Of a stretch of DNA of 64,000 bases, positions 9,354-19,233 are shown in pieces; position 1 is the stretch's first letter, and the number at the start of each line of letters is the position of its first letter. This stretch comes from Planctomycetota bacterium. Lineage in GTDB: Bacteria > Planctomycetota > PUPC01 > JACPCR01. The stretch is from NCBI GenBank assembly GCA_016179685.1, contig JACPCR010000061.1, positions 28,336-92,335 of the forward strand, in the 5' to 3' direction. The position numbers and the translations under genes are program-made. The notes beneath the pieces are model-generated. The model worked only from the letters and a program-made list of their open reading frames with translations. It searched no databases and was not told the origin of the DNA.

Positions 9354-10649
9354 ATGGGGCACCCTGCAGGAAACGGGACATCGCCGGAAACTCTCGTTTC
9401 CCGCCGTGAGATGCTCGGCGCAGCCGCGGCCACGCTCGGCCTGCTGGCAGGCGGCGGGCTGTCCTCCGCGGCCGGCGGGGAAGAAGAGGACAGCCTCGAT
9501 TCGCTCCGGGGCCCCGCCGGCGTGCTCTGGGACCGAGTTCACAAACAGTTCCGGCTTCGCGGGGGACTCGCCTACCTCAACAACGGGTCCCTCGGCCCCT
9601 GCCCCGTCCAGGTGGTTCAGGCCGCCATCCAGGCCTGGCGCTCCCTCGAAGAAAACCCGGCGGATATGGCCTACGGGCCCCTTCTCGAGAAAATGGAAGC
9701 GGCCCGGACCCGCGCCGCAGGTTTCCTCGGCTGCGCCACGGAGGAATTGGCCGTCACCGGCAATACCACAGAGGGCATGAATGCCGTCGCCCAGGGCATA
9801 CGCCTCGAAGCGGGCGACCGCATCCTCACGACGGACCAGGAACACCCCGGGGGCCTGGCTGGCTGGGGATACCGCCAGAAGCACGAGGGCGTCCCGGTGG
9901 ACCTCGCGGCCCTGCCGACACCGCCAGCGAGCCCAGAGGCCATCGTCGAATCGATCCAACGAGGCCTCACGAAGGCAACACGGGTCATCAGCGTCAGCCA
10001 CGTCACCTATACGACCGGCCTCCGCATGCCCATCGAAGCCATTGCGAGCCTGGCCCGTGCGAACGGTGCGCTCCTGGTCGTTGACGGGGCGCAGGCCCCG
10101 GGGGTGCTGGACGTCGATGTCACACGCCTGGGGTGCGACGCCTACGCCACCAGCGCGCACAAGTGGATGCTCGCGCCTAAAGGCACCGGCCTGCTCTACG
10201 TCCGAAAAGAAAGTCAGGAAAGGATCGCGCCCCTCCTCCTCCAGCACGGATACCGGTCGTATACGGCCTCGACCGGCACCCGCAACGTTCCCGCCCTCAT
10301 CGGACTCGGCGCGGCCGTCGAGTTCCTCCAGCGGCTGGGGAAAATCGACATCGAACGCCGCGCCCTGACCCTGCGCACTCATCTCTACGAGGTGCTCCAG
10401 ACCCTTCCCGGCATCCAAGTGGTCAGCCCGCCCCCGGGCGACCTCGCCTCCAGCCTCCTGACCTTCACGCTCCCCAACGGGAAACAACCGGCAGCGGTCG
10501 CCAAGACTCTGGCCGAAGAGTATGGAGTCATCGTGCGTGTCATGTCCCACGGAAACGTACAAGGCATCCGCGTTTCCACCCACATTTACAATTCAGAAGC
10601 AGATTTGGACCGGCTGGTGTCCTCACTCCGCAAGGGGCTCGGCAAGTAG
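9354..10649 (+). CDS. Class V PLP-dependent aminotransferase (isopenicillin N epimerase / cysteine desulfurase-like) with Tat-like signal
   Basis: SRREMLG plus hydrophobic stretch; YLNNGS, EHPG, VDGAQ and SAHKW (PLP lysine) motifs; start uncertain. Confidence 0.85.
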   Translation: MGHPAGNGTSPETLVSRREMLGAAAATLGLLAGGGLSSAAGGEEEDSLDSLRGPAGVLWDRVHKQFRLRGGLAYLNNGSLGPCPVQVVQAAIQAWRSLEENPADMAYGPLLEKMEAARTRAAGFLGCATEELAVTGNTTEGMNAVAQGIRLEAGDRILTTDQEHPGGLAGWGYRQKHEGVPVDLAALPTPPASPEAIVESIQRGLTKATRVISVSHVTYTTGLRMPIEAIASLARANGALLVVDGAQAPGVLDVDVTRLGCDAYATSAHKWMLAPKGTGLLYVRKESQERIAPLLLQHGYRSYTASTGTRNVPALIGLGAAVEFLQRLGKIDIERRALTLRTHLYEVLQTLPGIQVVSPPPGDLASSLLTFTLPNGKQPAAVAKTLAEEYGVIVRVMSHGNVQGIRVSTHIYNSEADLDRLVSSLRKGLGK

Positions 10650-10752
10650 CGAAGCCATGCACCTCAGCGAAGCGCATGGTGCATGGCTTCGCTACTCCAT
10701 GGATTGAATTTCCGAAACTGTTACCCGAGTTCGCCGGTGGGTATCGACTTGT

Positions 10753-10779
10753 CTGACACCTGACACCTGACACCTTTTT
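10753..10779. repeat. Tandem (CTGACAC)x3 followed by a T-run, related to the hairpin arm at 44165-44200
   Basis: ctgacacctgacacctgacaccttttt. Confidence 0.7.
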
Positions 10780-10787
10780 CTCTGAAC

Positions 10788-12167
10788 ATGTCCTGGATTG
10801 AACCCTTCTTCCCCTATCACGACTGGCGAGGGCAGGTCTGGTTCGACCTCCTGGGCATCGGTTTTCTCTGCGTGTTCTGGGATACCCGGAAGTTGTTCTC
10901 GGTCCGGAATCTCGACTTGCTGGTGCTTTGCTCCTGGATTCCGCTGGGAGAATACGAGAAGGGCCCTCTGGCCGTAACGACCCTGCTGGGGTATCTGCCC
11001 CTCCTCTACCTCTGGCCGCGGCTGCTCTGGATGCTCCTGCGTCCCCCTCCCCCGCCACCCCGGCCCAACCTGCACGATCGCGCCCTCCACGTCCTGTCTT
11101 TCGTCCTGCTGGCCTACAGCATCGGCCTCACCCTCTCGGCGCCCTTCCCCTTCGGCCGAGTGGGACAGACCCGGTGGTGTCTCTCCGAGTCCTCGATCGT
11201 CGGCGTCCTCGGGGCCGACCAGTTTCTTCAGTGCCGGCCTCCCTACGGCCACCTTGCGGCATCACAGGAACGGCCCAAGACCATCTATGCCATCTACGGG
11301 CCGTCCTATTTCCTCTCCTTCGTGCCCGGCGTCCTTGCCGCCGGCGTAGGACGGCCGTTCACGGACTGGGCCGCCGCAGCGCGCTGGACCACCATTGCCC
11401 TGCTCCTGGTATCCTTTTTTGGGCTGCGCCGATTAGGCCATCGCCTGGGAGGGCCCCGTGCCGCCGCGACCCTGGGCTTCGCCTGGTCCGTCCTCCCTTA
11501 CCTCCACTCCGCGTCGTACTGGAGCTGGACCGGCAATCTCCTCCCGGCCGCCTTCACCATCCTGGTCTTGCTCGCCTCGGCCACCCGAGAAGGCGCGGCC
11601 CTCGGCCTCTCCGTGGCCAATGCCACGGCCGCCTCCTACTACCCGGCCGCCTGGCTGGCCCTCTGGCCCCTTGGGCTGCCACGCCGCGAAAAACTGGAAT
11701 TCTGGATTTACGCCTCCTGCCTCCTCCTCCTCTTCTTCGGCCTCGCCGTCGCCCAACCCCACGGAATGGCCAGATTCTGGAGTCAGGTCAGCACCTACCT
11801 CATCCCCGGCCGAATGCCCGAATGGCGCTACCAGTGGAGTCCCTACACTTACCATCCCTGGATGCACGCCTTGCGCTATGCCGCACTCGTCGCCTTCCTC
11901 CCGGTCGTGCTCTGGACCGGGTGGCGTCTCTTTTCCCGGTCCGCCGCACCCTCCCTTCAGACCCTCGCCGCCTCATCCGCGCTGCTCGAAATTCACGCAC
12001 AACTCTTTAAAATCCATGCTCCGGGCCGAATGACCCTCTGGTCGCTCCCCTTCCTCCTCGTGCTCCTCATCCCCTGCGGGCCCGACCCAGAAGCCGGAAG
12101 TGAAGGCCTTGGAGACCCGCTCGAAGAAACTCCACCCGCTGCCCGGCCTGACCTTGAACCGAGGTAA
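10788..12167 (+). CDS. Polytopic membrane protein, GT-C / GT87-like glycosyltransferase
   Basis: 459 aa, about 10 TM segments, RNLDLL and PYG...YGP motifs. Confidence 0.55.
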   Translation: MSWIEPFFPYHDWRGQVWFDLLGIGFLCVFWDTRKLFSVRNLDLLVLCSWIPLGEYEKGPLAVTTLLGYLPLLYLWPRLLWMLLRPPPPPPRPNLHDRALHVLSFVLLAYSIGLTLSAPFPFGRVGQTRWCLSESSIVGVLGADQFLQCRPPYGHLAASQERPKTIYAIYGPSYFLSFVPGVLAAGVGRPFTDWAAAARWTTIALLLVSFFGLRRLGHRLGGPRAAATLGFAWSVLPYLHSASYWSWTGNLLPAAFTILVLLASATREGAALGLSVANATAASYYPAAWLALWPLGLPRREKLEFWIYASCLLLLFFGLAVAQPHGMARFWSQVSTYLIPGRMPEWRYQWSPYTYHPWMHALRYAALVAFLPVVLWTGWRLFSRSAAPSLQTLAASSALLEIHAQLFKIHAPGRMTLWSLPFLLVLLIPCGPDPEAGSEGLGDPLEETPPAARPDLEPR

Positions 12168-12223
12168 ACCTTCCGCCGTCCGATTGCCTCCCGGATGCTA
12201 CAACCCTACTCCAAGGAGATGCC

Positions 12224-13600
12224 ATGCAACGCATCGCTCCTGTCCTCATCCTCCTCGCCAGCACGTGCCTGGCCCCCGGTGTCCCCGCTTCCGCAGAGCC
12301 TCCGCTCAATCCACTCGCCGGCGGCGGCCGATTCGCCGGCCTCTTCCTGAGCGATGAGCTGGCCGTGGAAATCAAGGTCGCGCCCGGCGGCTATGCCGGT
12401 TCCATACGGCTGGGAGACCAGGCCTTCACGCTCAAGGCCCGCGAGGTCGGCGGGACCCTCGAAGGTGGTTTCCAGAGCCAGGGACACGATTTCTCTTTCC
12501 AGGCGACCCTGAAAGACAGGACTCTGACCTTCACGACTGAAGGCACGACTTACACGCTCCAGAAGCAAAGCTTGAACCCCTTGGCCAGGCCGGCGCAGCC
12601 CGTGCGGCCCAGGCGGGACGTGCCGCAACGACCGCCGGAACAAAGCCCAGACGGCGAGGCGCCAGGCGACGCGCCAGGCGAGGTGGAACAGGTCGCGCCG
12701 GGCGGCGTGCCGGACGAAGCGCCGGGCGAGGCCGCCCGACCCCAGGCGGACGCCGGAGAAGGTCCGCGGACGGGCAAGACCTACCGACACCCCCTGGGCT
12801 TCAGCTTCGGATACCCGGCCACCTGGAACGTTCAGGAGACGCAAGCGGGGCTGCAGCTCGTGCCACCGGACGTTGCCACGAGCGCCCAGGGCGCCCTCGA
12901 AGCTTATCTGATCATCGGCCAGCCAGCCGCAGGCATCACGAAGCCCGACGATCCCCGCGTCGTCCAGTTCTTTGACCAGCAAGTGCTCAGCTTTGCCCCT
13001 TTTCTCCAGCGGTCCCAGAAGTTCGAGGTGTTGAAGACCGGCGGCCAGGCGGCGGCCGGCTACCTCTGGGAAGGGAAGAGCCCCATCGGCGTGCAGAGTC
13101 GCATGAAGGCCTACGTGGTCATTCTCAAGGGATACGCCATCGGTCTCATCGCCGTGGGCGCTACGGAGCGCATTGAGGCTCGGGAGGGGGTCCTCAGGGA
13201 AATGTTCACCACGTTCGGCTTTGGAGAGGGCGAGAAGGACCCCCGGCTGGTCGGCGCGTGGCGCTACGAGCACTACTATTCCACCAAAGACTTTTCCTCC
13301 ACCTCCATCAAGACCACGGTGCTCCGGCCAGACGGATCGTTCAGTTCGAGCGGCCAGACCATGGCCAACGCCCAGCACCGCGACGGCGGCGGCGACCTCA
13401 CCGGCTCGACGATGCTGGACACGGGCGAGAGCGCGGGCGACCGCGGCCGCTGGGGCGCGGGCGGCAGCAAGCTGTTCCTGATCTGGGACGACGGCTCCTA
13501 TGCGGAATACCAGTACCACGTCGAAGGCCAGCCCGGCGCCCGCAACCTGCTCCTCGTCACCCCCGACGGCAAGAAACAGCTCTGGACCGAAGTGCAGTAA
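12224..13600 (+). CDS. Secreted hypothetical protein with Pro-rich linker
   Basis: AGGAG RBS, signal peptide, GEAP/GDAP linker repeats. Confidence 0.75.
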   Translation: MQRIAPVLILLASTCLAPGVPASAEPPLNPLAGGGRFAGLFLSDELAVEIKVAPGGYAGSIRLGDQAFTLKAREVGGTLEGGFQSQGHDFSFQATLKDRTLTFTTEGTTYTLQKQSLNPLARPAQPVRPRRDVPQRPPEQSPDGEAPGDAPGEVEQVAPGGVPDEAPGEAARPQADAGEGPRTGKTYRHPLGFSFGYPATWNVQETQAGLQLVPPDVATSAQGALEAYLIIGQPAAGITKPDDPRVVQFFDQQVLSFAPFLQRSQKFEVLKTGGQAAAGYLWEGKSPIGVQSRMKAYVVILKGYAIGLIAVGATERIEAREGVLREMFTTFGFGEGEKDPRLVGAWRYEHYYSTKDFSSTSIKTTVLRPDGSFSSSGQTMANAQHRDGGGDLTGSTMLDTGESAGDRGRWGAGGSKLFLIWDDGSYAEYQYHVEGQPGARNLLLVTPDGKKQLWTEVQ

Positions 13601-13601
13601 G

Positions 13602-13630
13602 TTGACAGCATGGCCTGTATTTGCTAAGTT
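13602..13630 (+). promoter_or_regulatory. Sigma70-type promoter for the acs operon
   Basis: TTGACA (13602-13607), 17-bp spacer, TGc-TAAGTT (13625-13630). Confidence 0.6.
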
Positions 13631-13670
13631 TCCTGCGCTTTTCGTCGAGGTTCCCGTTTGAGGTGATCCC

Positions 13671-15653
13671 ATGAACCAGGAAGCGACGGCGTCAGCGGCT
13701 GAGAAATACTACCCTTCTCCCGACTTTGTCCGGAAGGCCTACGTCAGCAGCCTTCAGAACTACCAGGAGATGTATCGCCAATCGGTCCAGGACCCTGAGG
13801 GATTCTGGGCAAAGATTGCAGAGGAATACTACTGGCAGAAGAAATGGGACAAGGTCCATACCCACAACTTCAACCTCGACCGGGGCCCCATCGATCTGAA
13901 GTGGTTCATCGGTGCGAAAACGAACATCACCTACAACGTGCTGGACCGGCACCTCGAAGACCGAGGCGATCAGGTCGCCCTCCTCTGGGAAGGCAACGAC
14001 CTGGGCGAGGACCGGAAATTGACCTACCGGCAGCTCTTCCGGGAGGTGTGCCGATTCGCCAACGTGCTCAACGCCAAGGGGGTGAAGAAGGGCGACCGCG
14101 TGGCCATCTACATGCCCATGGTGCTCGAACTGCCGGTGGCCATGCTGGCCTGCGCCCGCATCGGCGCTGTCCATTCCGTCGTCTTCGGAGGTTTCTCCGC
14201 CGAGTCCCTGGCGGACCGCATCCTGGATTCCCGGGCAAAAATCCTGATCACCGCGGATGGGGTCATGCGCGGCAGCAAGGTCATCCCTCTCAAGCAAGTG
14301 GCCGATGAGGCCATGGCCACCTCCGAAAAGAGGGGTTTTCACGTCGAGGCCTGCATCGTTTATCAGCGCCTCGGCCAGAAAGCTCAAGCCCCGTGGAATC
14401 CCAAGAGAGACTCCTGGTGGCACGACCTCATGGCCAAAGCCAGCGACCAGTGCGACCCGGTCTGGATGGACGCCGAGGACCCCCTTTTCATGCTGTACAC
14501 CTCGGGCTCGACGGGCAAGCCGAAGGGCGTCTTGCACACCGTCGGCGGCTACATGGTCTATACGGGGGTGACGTTCAAGTACATCTTCGACTACCATCCG
14601 GGCGACATCTGGTGGTGTACCGCGGACATCGGCTGGGTCACCGGTCATAGCTACATCATCTACGGTCCCTTGAGCCAGGGCGCCATCTCCCTGATGTACG
14701 AGGGCACGCCGGTCCACCCGGACCCGGGCCGGTTCTGGGCCATCGTGGACAAGTACCAGGTCAACCAGATTTATACCGCGCCCACGGCCATCCGGGCGCT
14801 GATGAGCTTCGGCGACGACTGGGTGAAGAAGCACAGCCGGAAGTCGCTGCGTCTGCTGGGCACCGTGGGCGAGCCGATCAATCCGGAGGCCTGGCGGTGG
14901 TATCACCGCGTCGTGGGCGACGGCCGCTGCCCGGTGGTGGACACGTGGTGGCAGACGGAGACGGGGGGCATCTTGATCACGCCGCTGCCGGGCGCGTGGC
15001 CGCAGAAGCCGGGCTCGGCGACGCTGCCCTTCTTCGGCGTTATTCCGGCTGTTCTGGACGAGAAGGGCAACGAGCTTCAAGGCGAATGTTCGGGCCTCCT
15101 GGTGATCAAGAAGCCGTGGCCCGGCATGATGCGCACGGTCTACGGCGACCATGAGCGCTTCGAGAAGACCTACTTCGAGGCCTACAAGGGCTACTATTTG
15201 ACGGGCGACGGATGCCGCCGCGACGCGGACGGGTACTACTGGCTCACGGGCCGAGTGGACGACGTGATCAACGTGAGCGGACACCGGATCGGCACGGCGG
15301 AGGTGGAGAGTGCGCTGGTGAGCCACACGGCGGTGGCCGAAGCGGCCGTCGTCGGTTTCCCCCATCCCATCAAGGGCTTGGGCATCTATGCGTACGTTAC
15401 GCTGAAGGCGGGCCGGGAATACACGGCCGTGCTCAAGGACGAGCTCAAGAAACAGGTCCGCAAGGAGATCGGCCCCTTCGCCCAGCCGGACGTGATCCAC
15501 TGGGCGCCGGGCCTGCCCAAGACGCGGTCGGGGAAGATCATGCGCCGCATCCTCCGGAAGATTGCCGAGGGGCAGATTTCGGACCTGGGGGACACCACGA
15601 CGCTGGCCGATCCGGCGGTAGTGGACACGCTGCTCGCGAACAAAGGCAAGTGA
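13671..15653 (+). CDS. acs: Acetyl-CoA synthetase (AMP-forming)
   Basis: [34 protein letters not shown] and [11 protein letters not shown] motifs. Confidence 0.97.
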   Translation: MNQEATASAAEKYYPSPDFVRKAYVSSLQNYQEMYRQSVQDPEGFWAKIAEEYYWQKKWDKVHTHNFNLDRGPIDLKWFIGAKTNITYNVLDRHLEDRGDQVALLWEGNDLGEDRKLTYRQLFREVCRFANVLNAKGVKKGDRVAIYMPMVLELPVAMLACARIGAVHSVVFGGFSAESLADRILDSRAKILITADGVMRGSKVIPLKQVADEAMATSEKRGFHVEACIVYQRLGQKAQAPWNPKRDSWWHDLMAKASDQCDPVWMDAEDPLFMLYTSGSTGKPKGVLHTVGGYMVYTGVTFKYIFDYHPGDIWWCTADIGWVTGHSYIIYGPLSQGAISLMYEGTPVHPDPGRFWAIVDKYQVNQIYTAPTAIRALMSFGDDWVKKHSRKSLRLLGTVGEPINPEAWRWYHRVVGDGRCPVVDTWWQTETGGILITPLPGAWPQKPGSATLPFFGVIPAVLDEKGNELQGECSGLLVIKKPWPGMMRTVYGDHERFEKTYFEAYKGYYLTGDGCRRDADGYYWLTGRVDDVINVSGHRIGTAEVESALVSHTAVAEAAVVGFPHPIKGLGIYAYVTLKAGREYTAVLKDELKKQVRKEIGPFAQPDVIHWAPGLPKTRSGKIMRRILRKIAEGQISDLGDTTTLADPAVVDTLLANKGK

Positions 15654-17851
15654 TCGACGGCGAGACGGCAGCTTCACCGCCGCACTCTGAGAAATCTTTG
15701 CGCTCCGATCCGAACACTCACCCTCGAACCCGCGCGGGCGGAATCTGGTCCGCGTCGCGACGGATGCTTCCTGCCTGCCACCGCCTCCTTCTTTCCCTTC
15801 CGGTCCTTCTGCTGCGTTCCGGAGGCGCGTCCAGTGCGGACTGGGCTCTCGAAGGCTACCGTTGCCGCCGCGAGCTCGAGGTCCGCGGCGAGCCCGCCGG
15901 AGAGGGCGAGATTGCCCGCGTCCGATTCCTGACCCTGGGTTACGCCCGGCCCGACGGGTCCGATGTGCGCGCCGTCGGGCCAGACGGCATCCTGCCCTCC
16001 AGCGTCCTATCCATGAGACACGACTTGTGCCGCCTCGCCGTAGGCCTGAGGCCCGGCCTCCGGCGCTTCTGGGTCTACTACGGACACCCGGGGCCTGGCG
16101 AGCCTCCCGCACCCGCGCTCGATGCCTGGCGGGGACTCTGGCTTGAGACCAGGCGCTACAATGGAGGCGAGTGCCGCAACTGGGCCGAGATGGAAGAAAC
16201 GATCCGCAAGTCGGGCCCCTCTCTGGGCCGCGATGTCGCGCCCCAGGTCTTCCACGGCTACAACCCCTTCGGGCCCTCGGACCATTACGTCAGCCTGTAC
16301 GAGGGATGGCTGAGCGTCCCGCGGAGCGGGGAATACGTCTTTGCCACGACTTCCGACGACGCGTCGTTCCTGTTCGTCGGCGGGCGGCTCGAGGTCTCGA
16401 AAACAGGCTGGGGCCCCGCGCCCCACCACGCCCGGCACGTGAGCGGACCCGTCAAGCTGGAGCAGGGCCGATCCTACCCGTTCCGTTACTGCCACGTCGA
16501 GGGGACAGGGGAACAAGCCGCGGTGGCCGCGTGGAAGCCGCCGGACGAGGAGTTCCAGCTCATCCCCGCCACCGCTTTCCCGGGCGTGCGCGAGTGTGCG
16601 CCCATCCATCATGACCTGCGGGACTGGCCCATCGCGCCGGATTTCATCGTCGTCAACGAAGGGGAGGCGCCCCTGCAAGGCAAGACCTACTTCCGCCATG
16701 CCTTCCGGGACACCACGCCGGGCGACACGCTTTCTTACGAGCCATTCTGGGACTTCGGAGACGGCGGCACGAGCAAGGACCGCAATCCCGTGCATATTTA
16801 CCTGGAGCCCGGGCTCTACACGGCCTCCTTCTCACTGAGCCGCGCCGGCCAGTCCTACCGCGTCGCGCTCCGCGTCGAGGCCAACTGGGACTGGGAAAAC
16901 CCGTTCAGGCCATCGTCGGACGAGGTGTCCGATTACTATCCCTTCCTGAAGAAGTACGATTTCCCGCGCCTGAGCACGCCCGCGCTCGAGAACGCCCTCG
17001 AAATATTCCGCTTCCTGCGGAAGCCGGATGAGCTGCTCGCCGTTTCACACGCCCTGCTGCTGCGCGACGAGGTGGCGGCGGACGAGGCCAGGCTGTTCGC
17101 TACCGCGCTCGAATACGGCCGCCAGCTCCGGGACCGGCAGAAGGCCTACGGGAAGGCCGTCGAAGCCTTCCTCTTCGCGGACGAGCGAGTGAGAGACCCG
17201 GCGCGGAAGGCCCGCCTTCGCCTCGAAATCGGCGACGTCTTCTTCTTCTTCGAGGAGGACTACGAGCGCGCCCGGGCGGCCTACCTGGGCCTTCTGAAGG
17301 ACTTCGCGGAGTTGAAGGACAGCGTGCTCCGCCAGGCGCAGATTCGGCTCGGAGAGATCGACATGCGATACGGGGATGCCTCGAAGGCCCTTGCTGCTTT
17401 CCAAGCGGCGGAGAAAATGCCTTCGCCGAAAAGGGCCTTCGACCAGGACCTGGCGGTTCTGGGCGGCCTTCCCCTGCGGGTGGAGGACTACCTGCGCCGC
17501 GGCGAGCTCGATGCGGCCGAGGAGGAGCTCGACCGATGGGAGTGGGAATACCCGATCGAACGGCTCGCCGGCTGCTCGACCCTCTGGCGGGTGCGCCTGG
17601 CCCAGGCCCGAGGCCAGCAGGAGGAGGCCATCAAGCTCGCCCGGATTCTCGTGCACGCTTCGCCCCGAAGCGCTTATGCGGCCGAGCTGCTCCTCGAGGC
17701 CGCAAAATCCTACGGAGCGCGAGGCGACCTCGATTCCGCCCGCAAGATGTTCGAACGCATCCTCCAGGACTACCCCGAAACGCCGCTGCAAGGCGAGGTC
17801 AGGGCTCGACTGGACGCCCTCAAGGCCCCGAAAGAAACACCCGGCAAGTAA
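15650..17851 (+). CDS. Secreted PA14-like + PKD + TPR protein
   Basis: FATTSDDAS (PA14), WDFGDGGTS...HIY..PG.Y (PKD) and C-terminal TPRs; start is GTG 15650 (overlapping the acs stop) or ATG 15764. Confidence 0.72.
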   Translation: MIDGETAASPPHSEKSLRSDPNTHPRTRAGGIWSASRRMLPACHRLLLSLPVLLLRSGGASSADWALEGYRCRRELEVRGEPAGEGEIARVRFLTLGYARPDGSDVRAVGPDGILPSSVLSMRHDLCRLAVGLRPGLRRFWVYYGHPGPGEPPAPALDAWRGLWLETRRYNGGECRNWAEMEETIRKSGPSLGRDVAPQVFHGYNPFGPSDHYVSLYEGWLSVPRSGEYVFATTSDDASFLFVGGRLEVSKTGWGPAPHHARHVSGPVKLEQGRSYPFRYCHVEGTGEQAAVAAWKPPDEEFQLIPATAFPGVRECAPIHHDLRDWPIAPDFIVVNEGEAPLQGKTYFRHAFRDTTPGDTLSYEPFWDFGDGGTSKDRNPVHIYLEPGLYTASFSLSRAGQSYRVALRVEANWDWENPFRPSSDEVSDYYPFLKKYDFPRLSTPALENALEIFRFLRKPDELLAVSHALLLRDEVAADEARLFATALEYGRQLRDRQKAYGKAVEAFLFADERVRDPARKARLRLEIGDVFFFFEEDYERARAAYLGLLKDFAELKDSVLRQAQIRLGEIDMRYGDASKALAAFQAAEKMPSPKRAFDQDLAVLGGLPLRVEDYLRRGELDAAEEELDRWEWEYPIERLAGCSTLWRVRLAQARGQQEEAIKLARILVHASPRSAYAAELLLEAAKSYGARGDLDSARKMFERILQDYPETPLQGEVRARLDALKAPKETPGK

Positions 17852-17862
17852 GACGAGCATCC

Positions 17863-19233
17863 ATGGAAACCCTCATGTCCCTCCCAACCCTGGCCTCGGC
17901 CCTCGAATACCTCTATCGGTTCACCGATTACGAAAAGATGGGCCGCTATAAGTACTCCAGGTCCACGTTCGACCTCGAACGCATGGACCGGATGCTGGCC
18001 TGGTGCGGCCACCCGGAACGGCAGATTCCGGTGCTGGTCCACGTCGCGGGCACGAAGGGGAAGGGGAGCACGTGCGCTTACACGGCCGCGCTGACCGAGG
18101 CCTCGGGCAGCCGCACAGGCCTCTATACCTCCCCTCATCTCGAAGGAGTCCGCGAGCGCATCGTCGTCCGCGGGCAGCCGATCGGGGAGGAGGCTCTGCG
18201 GGACTTGATTGATTGGATTCGGGCCTACCTCGAGCGTCCCCAAGAGGGCCTCCCGCCCACGTTCTTCGACATTTTCACCACCATGGCCTTCCAGCATTTC
18301 CGCCAGCAGCAGTGCGGCGTCGGCGTCATCGAGGTCGGGCTCGGAGGCCGGCTCGATTCGACCAACGTCATCCTTCCCACGGTCACCGCGATCACCCCGA
18401 TCCACTATGACCACACGGACAAGCTCGGCGAGGAGCTGCACCAGATCGCTGGCGAGAAGGCGGGAATCCTGAAGCCCGGCGTCCCGGTCGTCGTCGGCAT
18501 CCAGATCGATGAGGCCGCTCGAGTCCTTCAAGACCGGATTCGGGACTTGGGCGTCCCGGCCTGGTGGCTCGGCCGGGAGGTCCGGATACGAGCCGAGCCG
18601 GGCGACGGCTGCTGTTTCGAGGTCGAGACGCCGGTCCGGCGACACCCGGGCCTGCGCCTCCGGGTGCTGGGCCGTCACCAGAGGGAGAATGCGGCCATCG
18701 CCCTGGGACTGAGCGACTGGCTCGGACAACTGAAAGAGATGCCGTTGAGCGCCCGAGCGGCGGCAGATGCTCTCGCCGCGCTGAGGCTGCCGGGCCGAAT
18801 CGAGGTCTTTGGCCGACGCCCGCCTGTCATCCTCGACAGCGCTCACAACGCCCTTTCGGCCATGGTCCTGTCCCAGACGATTCGTGAGCATTTTTCACCC
18901 CGTCGGACTTATCTTGTCCTGGGCATCGCCTCGGACAAGAACCTCCGGGCCATCCTGGAGCATCTGGCGCCGCTGGCGACTCGCATCGCGGCCACCGCCG
19001 CCCATAATTCGAGGGCGCTGCCTCCTGGGGACCTCGCCGAGCAGATCGGGAATATCTCGGCGGTACCCGTCGTCTCAATTTCTGAGCCCGCGGAGGCCCT
19101 GGCCCGGGCGCGGGACTGGGCACAGGCCGATGACCTGATTGTTGTGGCCGGCTCCTTTTACCTGGCTGGCGAGATCCGGCCCATCCTCCACCAACTGTTC
19201 CCTGAACGGGCCGAAGAGGAATACCCGACATGA
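17863..19233 (+). CDS. folC: Folylpolyglutamate synthase / dihydrofolate synthase
   Basis: HVAGTKGKGST, YTSPHL, EVGLGGRLDSTN, DSAHN and GSFYLAG motifs. Confidence 0.95.
   Translation: METLMSLPTLASALEYLYRFTDYEKMGRYKYSRSTFDLERMDRMLAWCGHPERQIPVLVHVAGTKGKGSTCAYTAALTEASGSRTGLYTSPHLEGVRERIVVRGQPIGEEALRDLIDWIRAYLERPQEGLPPTFFDIFTTMAFQHFRQQQCGVGVIEVGLGGRLDSTNVILPTVTAITPIHYDHTDKLGEELHQIAGEKAGILKPGVPVVVGIQIDEAARVLQDRIRDLGVPAWWLGREVRIRAEPGDGCCFEVETPVRRHPGLRLRVLGRHQRENAAIALGLSDWLGQLKEMPLSARAAADALAALRLPGRIEVFGRRPPVILDSAHNALSAMVLSQTIREHFSPRRTYLVLGIASDKNLRAILEHLAPLATRIAATAAHNSRALPPGDLAEQIGNISAVPVVSISEPAEALARARDWAQADDLIVVAGSFYLAGEIRPILHQLFPERAEEEYPT

Noticed and set aside
12650-12765. Imperfect GGCGAGGCGCCA-type tandem repeats
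   Set aside because: They encode a Pro/Gly/Glu protein linker and are not an independent DNA element
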